DNA of 64,000 nt from Piromyces finnis finn (lineage: Eukaryota > Fungi > Neocallimastigomycota), in NCBI GenBank assembly GCA_002104945.1, contig MCFH01000059.1, forward strand, positions 186,001 to 250,000. The letters are read 5' to 3'. The notes beneath the pieces were generated by a model, which worked only from the letters and a program-made list of their open reading frames with translations, ran no database searches and was not told the origin of the DNA. This document shows, piece after piece, positions 14,826 to 26,955 of the stretch. The translations under genes and the position numbers were made by a program. Position 1 is the stretch's first letter, and each line of letters starts with the position of its first letter.

Positions 14826-16782
14826 AATATACATCAATAATATATTTATTATTAAATAAAATCACTTGTAAATTTTTACCATGTTTGGTATCATTCTTTT
14901 ATTAACTTTTTTTTTTTACGCTACCATTGATGGTTAAAAAAAATTTTTTTTTTAGTCTATTTAACAAATTTTTTCTATTTTTGTAAATATACATTTCCAT
15001 AAATGTAGAGTCAATCTTCATTTATTGTAATAAATAATAATAGATAAAGAAATGTATCAAAAAAAAAAAAAAAAACTCGATATTTAAAAAAGGTACTGTA
15101 ATTAAAAAAAAAAAAGAAAAAAGAAAATAGAAGAAAAATGACATCTAATTCCTACTCCAGTCTTTTTTTTTTTTTTCGCCTTTTTTATTTTTATCAACAA
15201 TTACTATTTATTTATCATATAATTTATTTATTCATTGACTTTTACATGTAACTATTGGTGAAAAGAATATTCCGAAATTCTATTTTTTCAAAATCTGACC
15301 ATTTTATAAAAGATAAAAAATAGAGTTATGATAAATGTATATTTGTATGTAATTAAAGCATATAAATATGTATATACACATGATATACACAAGTATAGAC
15401 CAAAAGTTGTTGTAAATGTGATTTCTACATTTTCTATTGTTTTTTATATGATCACATGATATAACAAGAATAGATTTATTATTATTAATTGATACATTAC
15501 ATAGACTGTAAATTAAGGTTAGAGTTGGATAAATATTGAATGTTATTCTCAATTAATAAAACGATGTGTTTATTTAACATATTGGTTCATTTTAATTCGA
15601 TTTGATAAAAGTGTTAAAATAAATAATTGTAAATAGGATGTAATAATGTCATTGATGAATGAATTCAAGGTAATGAACGGGTAGTAGGGTCGAACCATTT
15701 GTATTTAGAAAAATTATCTTCAAGGAATATAGATTTAGAGCTATTTCTATGTGCCCAGATATATATAATGCTATCTACTGTAAATGATTAATTTCTATAG
15801 TATTATCTTAATAAAAGGAAAAAAAAATATTCATAATAAAATACATTAAAGTTTTTATTCATGTATCAAATAATGTACATTTTACAAAAATTTTATATAA
15901 AAATTGTCTTAAAATAAGTTTATTAAGAATATACATAAAAAAAAAAAAAAAAAGGGGAATTAACAATTAATAGGTTTAGCATAAAAATAAGAAATAGTTA
16001 TTCGTCTATCGTTATTACATTTCTAGAATTATATTATGTATAGATTTTTTAAAAAGTTTTTCCTAAATGCAACTCTTTATTTTAAAACTTTACAAAAAAT
16101 ATAATATTTTTTTTATTATTTTTTAATTAAAAAAAAATTTTTCCAAATTGGTTAATGATCCATCACAGCAACCATGCTGCTCCTCCAATTAATTTATGTA
16201 TTTTTTATATTTATATATAATACATATATAAATTGATTTGATAATTAAAATTTACTTCTATTATTATTATTATCTATTTAAAAAAGTATTTTTTATATAT
16301 TTAATATTATTAAAAAAAGTAATAAAGAAATTCATTCATTTTTAAATTTCACAATTAAGAGCAGCAATTTCTATTCTATTATTATTAGACTTTATAGATT
16401 TAAGACTCTATGTATTTTCTTCCCCACCTCCAATAAAAAGTTGAAATTTATCTTTTTTAAACGACTTTAATTTATATTCAAAAATAGAAAATTACATATT
16501 TTTAAAACAAATGGTAAAAAGTATTAAAAAATGTTTGAATATCAGTAAAGAAAATTTATCTACTTTTCAAACCTGTGTGCTTATACAAAATAATAAATAG
16601 TAAAAGCGAAAAAAAAATAATTACAATTTCTTGTTAAAAATATAAAGTAATTGAAATACAAGACTTAATGGGGTTTTTCTTTTTTATAGTAAAAGTTTAG
16701 AGTAAAAGTAATTGAAACAAACAGTTTACAAATATCAGTTTTATATTTTAATATATATATATATATATAAAGAGAAGAAGAA

Positions 16783-18114
16783 ATGCATTTCTATTTTATA
16801 TGGCTACTTATCCTAATAATATATATTGACAGTATTTTTTCTAAAAAAACTATTTATAAAATAAAAAATATAAAAAGAGAAACAGGTTGGCATCAGGTAC
16901 AAATAAGAAATAATGCTGACCTACACCTTTCTTTACTCTCCCAGGGAATATATAATGATCAATTAGCTAATAAATACGATACAAATTTTTATTATCCATT
17001 GTCAGCAGGAAAAGATATTGATATTGTTATCATTGATACCGGATTTAATTTTAACCATTCGGAATTTTCAAATAAACATGAACGTAAGGTAAAATGTGCT
17101 GTCACCATCATTGATGGAGAATACCATCCACCAGAATCTGAAACAAAATGTAGTACATCTGACCCGACATTGGTAGCACAAAATTATTATCATGGAGAAT
17201 ATGTTACGGATGCTGCTTCAGGTTTGATTCATGGTGTTGCGAGTAAAGCAAATGTCTATGGGGTTGCTTTTCATACCGTGAATTATAATAATGCTATTGC
17301 AGGATTAGAGTATGTAAGAGATCATTTAATCCGTCCTCATAAAACGGTGGTTAATCTATCCTTTGGTAATTATTATGCCATCGAAGAAAAGGTCAAAATA
17401 AAAATGGATGTCATAAATAAAATGAAAAATGTAATCTTAGAAATTATCGAAAAAGGAACGATTGTGGTGGCGGCTGGTGGGAATGAAAATATTAATTCTT
17501 TTGATGTTGAAAAGAACAAACAATCCCTTCCTTGTTCTATAGAAGGGGTTCTATGTGTTGGTAGTATTGATAATATAGGTATTAATGAAACCATGCAATG
17601 GAAAGTATTGGAAAGAGATATGGAAACTAAAATGATGAATACCACTCATTATAGAAAAGTATGGTGGTCTAATTATGGACGTGTTGTGGATATTTATGGT
17701 CCGGGTTACATTCATGTTGAAATCAATGATAAAGACGGAAGGAATATTGACAAGGTAGTGTATGGGACATCCTTTACCACTCCTGTGATTACTGGTGTAA
17801 TTGCTACTATCATGAGTGAACATAAAGAGATAAAATTTACGGCAAAATCTATGATAGCCTTTCTACAAAAAATGGGTTTGAAAGATAAAATTCAAGGTAT
17901 TCCCGGTGACTATCCTAACTATTTTATAAATAATGGAAAACATATTGTTTATTCAGGGGATAACATTTATTATGGCTGTGGTATTCAAGCTGGAAATAAA
18001 GGATGTAGTCATGATAAATGTTGTTCTGCTGATGGAAAATGTACTCGAGATCGAAATCTATGTAAATCAAGTCATGGATGTCAAACAAGTTATAGAGAAT
18101 GTGAAATAGATTAA
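16783..18114 (+). CDS. Secreted subtilisin-like S8 serine protease with C-terminal hevein/CBM18-like Cys-rich module; intronless
   Basis: Signal peptide; triad motifs IIDTG, YHGEYV, YGTSFTTP; oxyanion AAGGNE; C-terminal 8-Cys pattern CG..G...C....CCS..G.C.....LC....GCQ..Y..C. Confidence 0.9.
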   Translation: MHFYFIWLLILIIYIDSIFSKKTIYKIKNIKRETGWHQVQIRNNADLHLSLLSQGIYNDQLANKYDTNFYYPLSAGKDIDIVIIDTGFNFNHSEFSNKHERKVKCAVTIIDGEYHPPESETKCSTSDPTLVAQNYYHGEYVTDAASGLIHGVASKANVYGVAFHTVNYNNAIAGLEYVRDHLIRPHKTVVNLSFGNYYAIEEKVKIKMDVINKMKNVILEIIEKGTIVVAAGGNENINSFDVEKNKQSLPCSIEGVLCVGSIDNIGINETMQWKVLERDMETKMMNTTHYRKVWWSNYGRVVDIYGPGYIHVEINDKDGRNIDKVVYGTSFTTPVITGVIATIMSEHKEIKFTAKSMIAFLQKMGLKDKIQGIPGDYPNYFINNGKHIVYSGDNIYYGCGIQAGNKGCSHDKCCSADGKCTRDRNLCKSSHGCQTSYRECEID

Positions 18115-19021
18115 AAAAAAAAAAAATTATAGTCCTTGGTACCTTTTTTTATAGAATGAAAAATATGACAAATATATCAAACAATCATCGTATTAATTTC
18201 AGATAAAAGGAAATAAATGAATAAATAATGGAAATAAAAAATAACACCAATAGCAACAACAACGACAACAACAACAATAATAATAATTGGTATTATTATT
18301 ATCAACAAGTCATATCATTAAAAAAAAAGAGAAAAATGTCATTTACTTGTATTAGGTCTGAAAACATACAATATTTTAAATAAGACATATGTATTAAACA
18401 TGGTGTTTTAATATTTCAAAAGTATTAATTACAAAATAATCCTTATAGAACACATGAATTTGAACTATTAAAAATTATAGCGTTGAAAGTATGAATTTAA
18501 AAAATATATTTATGAAAGTATATATTGTAGTATATAATTTTTGATTCTTTATTAGATTTTTTTTTTTTAAAAAAAAAACATGGATAATGTTATATATTAA
18601 TGGGGGTATAATATATTACTTTTAAATAGATGTACATTATATAAAACTATTACCATGTTGTTTAGACATTGATTCCATAATTTATAAATAAAGTAATATA
18701 TCTAAAAAAAATATATATATATTTACATGTTTACATATTTACAAATAAATTTTTGTTGATATATCCTTTTTATAAAAAGGAATAATATATTGTTTTTAAA
18801 TAAATATATATTATATATAAGACTATTAGCACTGTTAGGTATTGAATCCATAATTCAATAATTTATAAATAAAACAATAAATATTCAAAAAGTGTTTAAG
18901 CATTTGCAAATATATCTTTGTTGCTCTATTTTTATAAAATGTGGTATATTTTTAGTGGTTTCCCTAGAAAAATTTTAATGGGATTATCATTGTTTTTTTT
19001 TTTTTTTTTTTTTTTCCTCCC

Positions 19022-19852
19022 TTATTCTAATTTAAAATTAATATAATGTTCGTAGTTGAAATACATTATATTGCGATGTGCAATGATAATATTTATAATC
19101 CTATTATACATGATTAATGGATTATCGGGGGAAAGAGTATCAAATTTTTTAATCCTATAGGGTATACCATAGGCTTCAAGAAATTCTTTAATTTTATTAT
19201 ATAAATCTTTATTTTCTTTAATGAATTCAATGGATTTTAAATAAATTTTTGCGTATAAAGGGGGTCTTAAGGATTCAATATATTTATTGACTTCAACATA
19301 ATGAGTTGCCATGAAATAACTTTCTTTTTTGTTAGGTGACGTGCGTTGAATAACAAGAATACCAGCTCCTAAACCATCAGTAAACTCTGGAAAAAATAAA
19401 ATATATGAAGAAAGTGAGTTATCTTCATCATCATTTATAATTTCTTTTGGCCATCTACTTGTTTCTTTATGTATTTCATGAATAATCCAGTCATTTCCTA
19501 ATGAAATACTACAAAGAGTTTGGTTATATTGAAATTGTTTGGTAACATTTGCTATATGTTCATTGAATGGAAATTTTCCTTCATAATATGAATGTATACC
19601 ACAATAGGCGTGTCCTGCTACACATTTTTTAGTACATTTCGTGTTGTCTTTTTTAGTAGCTATACAGTGGTGTTGAACTGTTAACTTTTCTATATCTTCC
19701 GTTAGGTCTTTCACATCATCTTTTTCTTTGATTAAATCTTTCAATATATTATCTTCACTAATATTTAAATTATAATTTTCGTTAAAAACTTTTGTTGCTT
19801 TTTTAATAATTTTATTAATGATATTAATATAATAATTTGTTAAATCTTCCAT
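19022..19852 (-). CDS. Intronless 276-aa orphan with CCCH-type motif (DUF5763-like) and C-terminal region resembling DUF3627 of large DNA viruses
   Basis: CIATKKDNTKCTKKCVAGHAYCGIH (C-x9-C-x10-C-x2-H) and C-terminal ENKDLYNKIKEFLEAYGIPY. Domain names come from recalled motif patterns, not a search. Confidence 0.6.
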   Translation of the reverse strand: MEDLTNYYINIINKIIKKATKVFNENYNLNISEDNILKDLIKEKDDVKDLTEDIEKLTVQHHCIATKKDNTKCTKKCVAGHAYCGIHSYYEGKFPFNEHIANVTKQFQYNQTLCSISLGNDWIIHEIHKETSRWPKEIINDDEDNSLSSYILFFPEFTDGLGAGILVIQRTSPNKKESYFMATHYVEVNKYIESLRPPLYAKIYLKSIEFIKENKDLYNKIKEFLEAYGIPYRIKKFDTLSPDNPLIMYNRIINIIIAHRNIMYFNYEHYINFKLE

Positions 19853-20919
19853 TTTTTTAATTTTAAAAATTATTAAATTCTGGTCTTTTCATAATAAAAA
19901 AAACTAATAAAATAAAAAAATTTTTTTTTTTTTTTGCTTTTTCATTTTCATTATTAAATTTTTTATTTTCTGGAGAAGGTAAAAATTTAATGTTTATTTT
20001 TTTTAAAAAAAAAAAAAGAGAAATAAAAGAATTTTTTTTTTTTTAAAAAGGTCGTCCATTCTTATTCTGACAAGGCATACATTATATACATTATTATTAT
20101 TATTAAGGACTAAAAAAAAAAAAAAATTTTTTTATTCTATCTTTTGACCTCTTTTTTTTTTTTTTTATTTTATTTTTATTTTACTTTTTTTTTACACCAA
20201 ACAACTAGTTAACTCTATAATTTAATTCATTTGGACACTTGGAGGATAATATGCCTTTTTTTTTTTTTTCTTCAAATTTTTTAAAATAAATTAAATAATA
20301 ATAATAATAATAAAAAAAACTATTTAATAAAATGGTGGATGTTTTTTTCTTTTTCTTTTTTTTTTTTTTATAATTTTTAAAACTTTTTTTTTATTATTTT
20401 TTTTTTGTTTTATTATATATATATATATGAGTTAAATGTTTTTTTTTTTTTTTTTTTTTTTATTATTATTAATTAAATATTATAATTAATAAATTTTTAT
20501 ACAATTTTTTTTTATTCTTTTTTTCAAAAAAGGAAAACATTTTTTTTTAAAAAAAAAAAAAAAATCAATGTTGATTTATAATAATATATCTTAAATTAGT
20601 TTAATTCTCTTTATATATATATATATATATTATTATTATTATTATATATTATTATTATTTTATTTTAATTTTACAAAAATTTAAATGTTTAAAACAACGA
20701 TTAAAATAAAATAGTATAATAATTATGGACAAATGTTGTATTAATAGAATGGAGTTTTTTAACGCTTTTTACTGTAAATTATATTTTGGGAAGAATGAAA
20801 AACAATTACTAAATATTTTTTTAAAGATAAAAATTGGTTTGATGGAAAGAACGTATTAATTCATAAATCAAGAAAAAAAAAATATTGAAAATATATACTC
20901 CTTTTTTTTTCCCCTTTCT

Positions 20920-23637
20920 CTAGTTTGTTACTTTTACACATTCTATAACTTCATCAATAACTTCTTTTTCTTCAACAACAGTTACACTTTCATCATCCTG
21001 ATCATAATTTTCCTCATTTGAATTCATCACCTCTTCAATAATTTCCTCTTCGATTACTTCTTCCTCTTCAATAATCTCTTCCACTTCTTCAATTATTACT
21101 TCATCATCAAATTCACAGGCTTCTTCCTCTTCCTCGTTTTCTTCATATTCCATCTCTGGGAAATCAAAACAATTAAACTCCCTTAATGGATTATTTTCTA
21201 AACATTCTACAAGAGGACTACTTTTATTTACGGCTACATTATAAGAATCATTATTATGCTCAGTTTCATCCTCATTATGAACCGTGGCATCATCATCCTT
21301 ATCATCCATTGGTATTAAATTAAAGGTAACTTTTTTATATTTCTTTGGTGATAAAATTGGATATTGTTCATCTTCTGTGACAACAGATACAATATCACTA
21401 TAGGTTTCACTATCATTCATATGACTACTTTTAGAGTCATCATCACTAAGAAGACTACGATGAAGATTTCTTAATTCATTACCACTGTCTTCAGAAGAAG
21501 ACTCATCAAATTCTTGACTTATACTGTCCAAAATACTTTCATCATCTGATGAAGATGTTTCCTTGCTTTCCAACCATAGTGCAAAAAATTTTGCTAATTC
21601 CCTTACGTCTTTTCTTAACTCTAAATCAGAATCATTAGTCTTACTAATGGATCTTTTTCTAGCATGACCAAGAGTTCCATGACTATTATTTTTGAATTTT
21701 ATTGAGTGGGCAGAAAATTTACTTTCATTATCTTTTTGTGCTGAAAGAAGTAAACTGTCGGTAAATGCTTTGGCTTCACTTTTGATATCATCATGAAAAC
21801 CTTCACCTTGACTCTTATTTTGGATAGTAGCATTATCTTTTGAAGAGTCTACTGTTTGGGTTGCATAATGACCATCAATCATTTGGCAAAGAGATTTACA
21901 ATTCCTTTCAACATATGACTTATTTAGTTTGTCATTATTATTTGGAAGAATACAGTTGATATTTGGTGTCATTGGACAGGTATGATGACAAACTTCTTCA
22001 GCATCTGGTAAAAGGCGATACCATTGTAAAATAGTATTTGGATCAACAAGTTCTGCTTTATAGATGGCCATCATTATTCTAAGATGTTGTTGAAGACGTA
22101 ACGAATTTTCAATACAAATATACTCTAAGGCTACTAAAAGATTCATTTGATCTTCTTTTGAATCGGTATAGTTTAGAATTAAGGAACGATAACGAATAAA
22201 TAAATTTTCTATTGCTTCTTTATTTGTTATTTGATTTTTAGCTTCTAAATAATGAATAAAGGCTTCCATTATAATACTTATACATGTATATGAATTAAAA
22301 TTATTTTTATCCATCTTGATGTCCAAATCCATAAGAATAGATGATGTACAAAGCTCAGAAACAAGAGATTGATATAAACAATTATAGGTTTCTTTTCTTA
22401 ATACTTCTAATGGGTTTAATTGTTCTATTTTATTATTATTAACTTCTTCTTCTTCTTCTTCTTCCTTAGCACTATGTTTTTGTCCAAAATTATAATAGAT
22501 AGAATTTTTTGGTATTTCTCGTTGAATATTACTTTCATAAATTTCATCTAAATCTGAATCAGATTCAGATTCAGAATCAGTATATGAATCAGAATCAGTC
22601 TCTTCTTCTGAACTAGATTCAGAAGAAAAAGATTCTGTATCAGATTCTTTTTCAAAGACAAAGTCTTCACCTTCGCTACTACTATCGCTATAATTACTTG
22701 AATTATTTTCTTCTTCGTTTTTAATATCTACTCCATTTGAAGGTATTACATCATCAAAAGAAAAGGTGTTAAAATTTTGAAGGGAAAATGTAGGAAGGGT
22801 AAGTTTGCTAGAAGATGTTGGTGTTTTATTTCTTAACTTCTTTTTAAGTTTATGAATCTTTCTCTTCATTAACCTTTCCTTATCTTCATATTGAATGATT
22901 TCTTGATCTTTCATGTCTATTTCAAATTCTAATTTTTCTATACGTTCACTATGACATTTTTCTACGACAAATCTAGATTCACGTTCACGTTGAATTTCAT
23001 TTTGTAAAGCTTTAATAGTTTCTTTCAATGTATCGCGTTTTTGTTTCATTGCCCTATAACTAGATTCAACATTACGATAACAGATACGAATTGCATTCAA
23101 TTGGGCTAATAGTTGATCCCCTTGAATTATGAGTTGATCCCTTTCGAATTTTAATTCCTCAACACTATTATTCATTAATCTTATCTCATTTATTCTATAT
23201 GAAACAAAAATTATAGATTCAAATGGATTAAGTACGACAAATAATAATTTCTCGATTATGTTATAACTAATTATAAAGATATATTTAAAAGAAAAAATAA
23301 ATAGGGAAAGCAAATATTGTATATTTGAAAATTCTTTGGAATGTGGTTTTCTTTTAATATACATATTATTATTGTCTTTTGTTGTAGTAGAAGTTGTGGT
23401 AGTTTTAACGCTTGATGAAGATGATACCGACACATAAACAGACTTTTGATTATTTATATTATTTGTTCTATAAATAGTTTTTACTGAAGGAGATCTATAT
23501 GAAGTTTTTGTAGTTGTTTTTGTGGTTGTTTTAGTTGGTGAATTCACTGAGGAATTATTGCGCACTGATTTACCTACATTGATACCTAATTGAGATATTA
23601 GTACAGGTATTGAAATGGTTTGAGTTTGTGATTGCAT
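20920..23637 (-). CDS. 905-aa intronless protein with coiled coil, acidic tracts and a W2 (eIF4G/eIF5/eIF2B-epsilon C-terminal-like) domain
   Basis: DQMNLLVALEYICIEN...IMMAIYKAELVDPNTILQWY matches the W2 aromatic/acidic box pattern; heptad-rich region at about aa 155-270. Confidence 0.75.
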   Translation of the reverse strand: MQSQTQTISIPVLISQLGINVGKSVRNNSSVNSPTKTTTKTTTKTSYRSPSVKTIYRTNNINNQKSVYVSVSSSSSVKTTTTSTTTKDNNNMYIKRKPHSKEFSNIQYLLSLFIFSFKYIFIISYNIIEKLLFVVLNPFESIIFVSYRINEIRLMNNSVEELKFERDQLIIQGDQLLAQLNAIRICYRNVESSYRAMKQKRDTLKETIKALQNEIQRERESRFVVEKCHSERIEKLEFEIDMKDQEIIQYEDKERLMKRKIHKLKKKLRNKTPTSSSKLTLPTFSLQNFNTFSFDDVIPSNGVDIKNEEENNSSNYSDSSSEGEDFVFEKESDTESFSSESSSEEETDSDSYTDSESESDSDLDEIYESNIQREIPKNSIYYNFGQKHSAKEEEEEEEVNNNKIEQLNPLEVLRKETYNCLYQSLVSELCTSSILMDLDIKMDKNNFNSYTCISIIMEAFIHYLEAKNQITNKEAIENLFIRYRSLILNYTDSKEDQMNLLVALEYICIENSLRLQQHLRIMMAIYKAELVDPNTILQWYRLLPDAEEVCHHTCPMTPNINCILPNNNDKLNKSYVERNCKSLCQMIDGHYATQTVDSSKDNATIQNKSQGEGFHDDIKSEAKAFTDSLLLSAQKDNESKFSAHSIKFKNNSHGTLGHARKRSISKTNDSDLELRKDVRELAKFFALWLESKETSSSDDESILDSISQEFDESSSEDSGNELRNLHRSLLSDDDSKSSHMNDSETYSDIVSVVTEDEQYPILSPKKYKKVTFNLIPMDDKDDDATVHNEDETEHNNDSYNVAVNKSSPLVECLENNPLREFNCFDFPEMEYEENEEEEEACEFDDEVIIEEVEEIIEEEEVIEEEIIEEVMNSNEENYDQDDESVTVVEEKEVIDEVIECVKVTN

Positions 23638-25032
23638 TTTTATATTTGTAATTGATTAAAATTAAAATGGTACCAAAAAAAATAGTAATACAAATAATAC
23701 AAAAGTATGAATTTTTTTTTTCCTTTTTACAAAATTTTGTTTTTTTTTTTTACAAATTTACTTTAGAACAGGAAACATGAACTGTTTAATTAAGAAAAAA
23801 TTAATTCCTTTATATTTTTAATTCTATGTAAATATATTCTTTAATTTACAATTGTCTTTTTCTTAAAAAAAAAAACTATATATTTACTCTTTATTACAGT
23901 AAATAACTAAACTATATAATAAATAATATTTTTATTACTTTAAAATATATAGATGTATTTTTGGAATTCCTTTTGAAACAATTAATTAATCTTATTTTCT
24001 CTCGAATAGTTAACTAATTTATTAGATATTTCGAATTTAATTTTATATTTCTTTTTTTATACTGTAATTACTTAAATATTATTACTTTTTTTTTTTTTAA
24101 ATTGATAACTACTTTTTGAAAAGTATATTCTTTTTCTTTTAAATGTTATATATTTATAGCATAAATTTAAAAACAAGTTTTGTAACTATTTTATAAATTA
24201 TTTTCTTTCTTTTTAATTAAAAAGTTTAATAAAAAGGTAATTATATTTTCTTTTTTTTTTTTAATTTACTTTTTTTAAAAAAAAAAAAGAAAAATATAAT
24301 TTTTTTATATAAACTTTATAATTCTTTTGGTATTTTTATTTGGTATGCTTTTTTGGTTTATTCTTTTAAATATTCTTTTTAATTATTTATTTATTAATTT
24401 CAATAAACTATAAATATCTTGTATATACAAGTATAAATACTAAAAGAACTATTTAATAATAACATTTTTTTTTATTTTTTGGAATCAGAATATCAATTTT
24501 GATTAAACTTTAAAAGTTTAAATTTTTCACAAATTTACTTTAAAGTTTTGATGATGACTTTTTGAAATTTAAATTATCAATTTTGATTAAAAAATAATAA
24601 TATTTTTAATTTTTTAAAACTTATAAATAATATTTTCTTTTAAATGAAACAAATTATTTACAAGTTATCTTTTAATAAAAAATAAATCAATTGAAAAGTT
24701 TTATTTTATAGTTTAAATTTTTGTGGACAAGTATATAAATATCTTTACTGAATAAATGCGTATTTTAAGTGATGAAATCTGATTATTATACAAAATACTA
24801 ATATTCACAGTATATAAATTTAAAAAATAAACAATTTTTCTTTTTTTTTTTTTTTGCTTAAATCGTTTTATTTCTTTTTAATCTTCTGTTGATATAATAA
24901 TTATTTTTTTAAAAAAAGAACCAGAAATTATTTAATTTTTTTGTCTTTTTATGTTTCTTTTTTTTTTTTTTAAACTACTTTATTTTGACACTTTTTTTTT
25001 TTTTCCTCATATATATATTATTGTTATTATTG

Positions 25033-25063
<31 letters not shown>

Positions 25064-25617
25064 AAAAAAATAAACTTTTCTTTATGAATAAAAGAAATTT
25101 AAAATTATTTCTTTTTTCTTATAAAACAATTTAAACTCTTTTTGGAAAAAAAAGAAAAAAAAGAAAAGAGGTAATTTGTTTTTATATTTATATTAGATAT
25201 ACTTTTTTTTAAAGAAAAGTGTACAACTTTAATAAATAAAAAAAGTTTAAAATAAATTTATTATCTTTAATAATTTATATATTATTATATATAATATATT
25301 AATATTATTAATATATTATATATTATTTTAATATAACTATATATTTTATTAAAAAGTAAATAGAAATACATTATTACATTATTACTACATTATGTATTAT
25401 ATTAATGTAGATTAAATTTTATATTAATTTATGATACATTATTTGTTAGATTTACCCAAAGAACAATTAACAAAAAGAGTATTAGTAATTAGAAAAAAAG
25501 GATATAGTATATGATAGTTTACTATACGATAGGTTATCAAATCGGTTTCAATAGATTCAAATAATGACATTAAAATTTGATAGTTTATTTTCCAAATTAC
25601 TTTAAAAAAAATCAACT

Positions 25618-25742
25618 TAAATGAATAAATAAATATGATTTAAATAAATTATAAATACTAAATAAATGAATAAATAAATATGATTTAAATAAATTATAAA
25701 TACTAAATAAATGAATAAATAAATATGATTTAAATAAATTAT
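25618..25742. repeat. 45-bp minisatellite, about 2.8 copies
   Basis: ATGAATAAATAAATATGATTTAAATAAATTAT recurs at 25621, 25666 and 25711 (period 45). Confidence 0.9.
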
Positions 25743-26955
25743 GCATTAAATTTCTGCCTCCTCTAACCTATAAAATAATTTTACGTTATTTCATTGTGAT
25801 TTTTTATACTATTCTATAATTGGATAGTTGTTTTTTGACAATTCCTCATTTATTTAATAATATATATAATTAATCAATTGCAATATATATATCAATATAT
25901 TATATTAAAAAGGGTTAATAAGTACATGATTTTAATATTCAATAATAATATATTGAAATATATTTATTTCATATATAAAATAAATATTTATTAATTATAT
26001 CCATATATTATTAATAAATTTAATTAAAATATAATATTTTTATTTATTTTCGTGTGTTTATTAATTGTTTAAAAGTAATTAATCCACTTTTTAAAAGATA
26101 AGATTATTTAATAAATAGGAAAATGATTTATTAAATCAAAATATATTACAATATACTATAATATATTAATAATAATTTATCAATATAATTCTTTAATTTT
26201 AAAAAGAATAAAGATAAGCTATTACTTTTAAAATTAAAAAAAAAAACATATGAAACTTTAGCAATTTACCATTTTCAAAATGACCTAGGAATGAAGGTAT
26301 CATTCAAAGTGTGATTTGATATGAATAAAGTTGGATTCTATATATATATATATAAAAAGTAAATTATATATACAAATAATTATATTACTATTGTTGAGAA
26401 AGAGAAGAACATTATTTCTAAAGTAAAATAAATTATTAACTATTTACAATATATGAAATGTATTATATATATTTTTGGTAAAAGGATGAAAAAAAAAAAT
26501 TCAAAATTCATTATTGATATTATAAGTAAATTTGAAGGCATAAAGTGGTAATATAAAGTAATTTTACAGATTCTTTTTTTTATATAATATGAATTTTTTT
26601 CTATGAAAAGGGAGTATAAAGCTGTTGTTGAAGTTTGATGTAATATAAAATAAGACAAAATTGGTAGATTTAATAACTAATGAATGTTATCGTGTTGAAA
26701 AAAGTTTAATTATTAAAGTGGTAATTTTAATAATTTTTACTTTTTTTTTTTTAAAAAAAAAGAAAAATATAAAACTTGGAATAAAAGTTTTTTTTACACC
26801 TTTATAGATAGTCAGTAATTAAAAAAAAAAAATTACAAAATTATGTTTTTTTTTTTTTCTATTTTCTTTTTTCTTTTTGATAATTTTTTATTTTTTAAAT
26901 ATTTATTATGTTTTTAAAAATAAATTTTGAATTGTGTGCATTTTTTAAACATTTA

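Noticed and set aside
14464-14865. ILILIL/ISISIS ORFs and possible telomere-like repeat
   Set aside because: Products of the TACTAA microsatellite; the unit is not TTAGGG-like and is internal.
25618-25742. CRISPR-like array
   Set aside because: Perfect head-to-tail minisatellite with no unique spacers, in a eukaryotic context.
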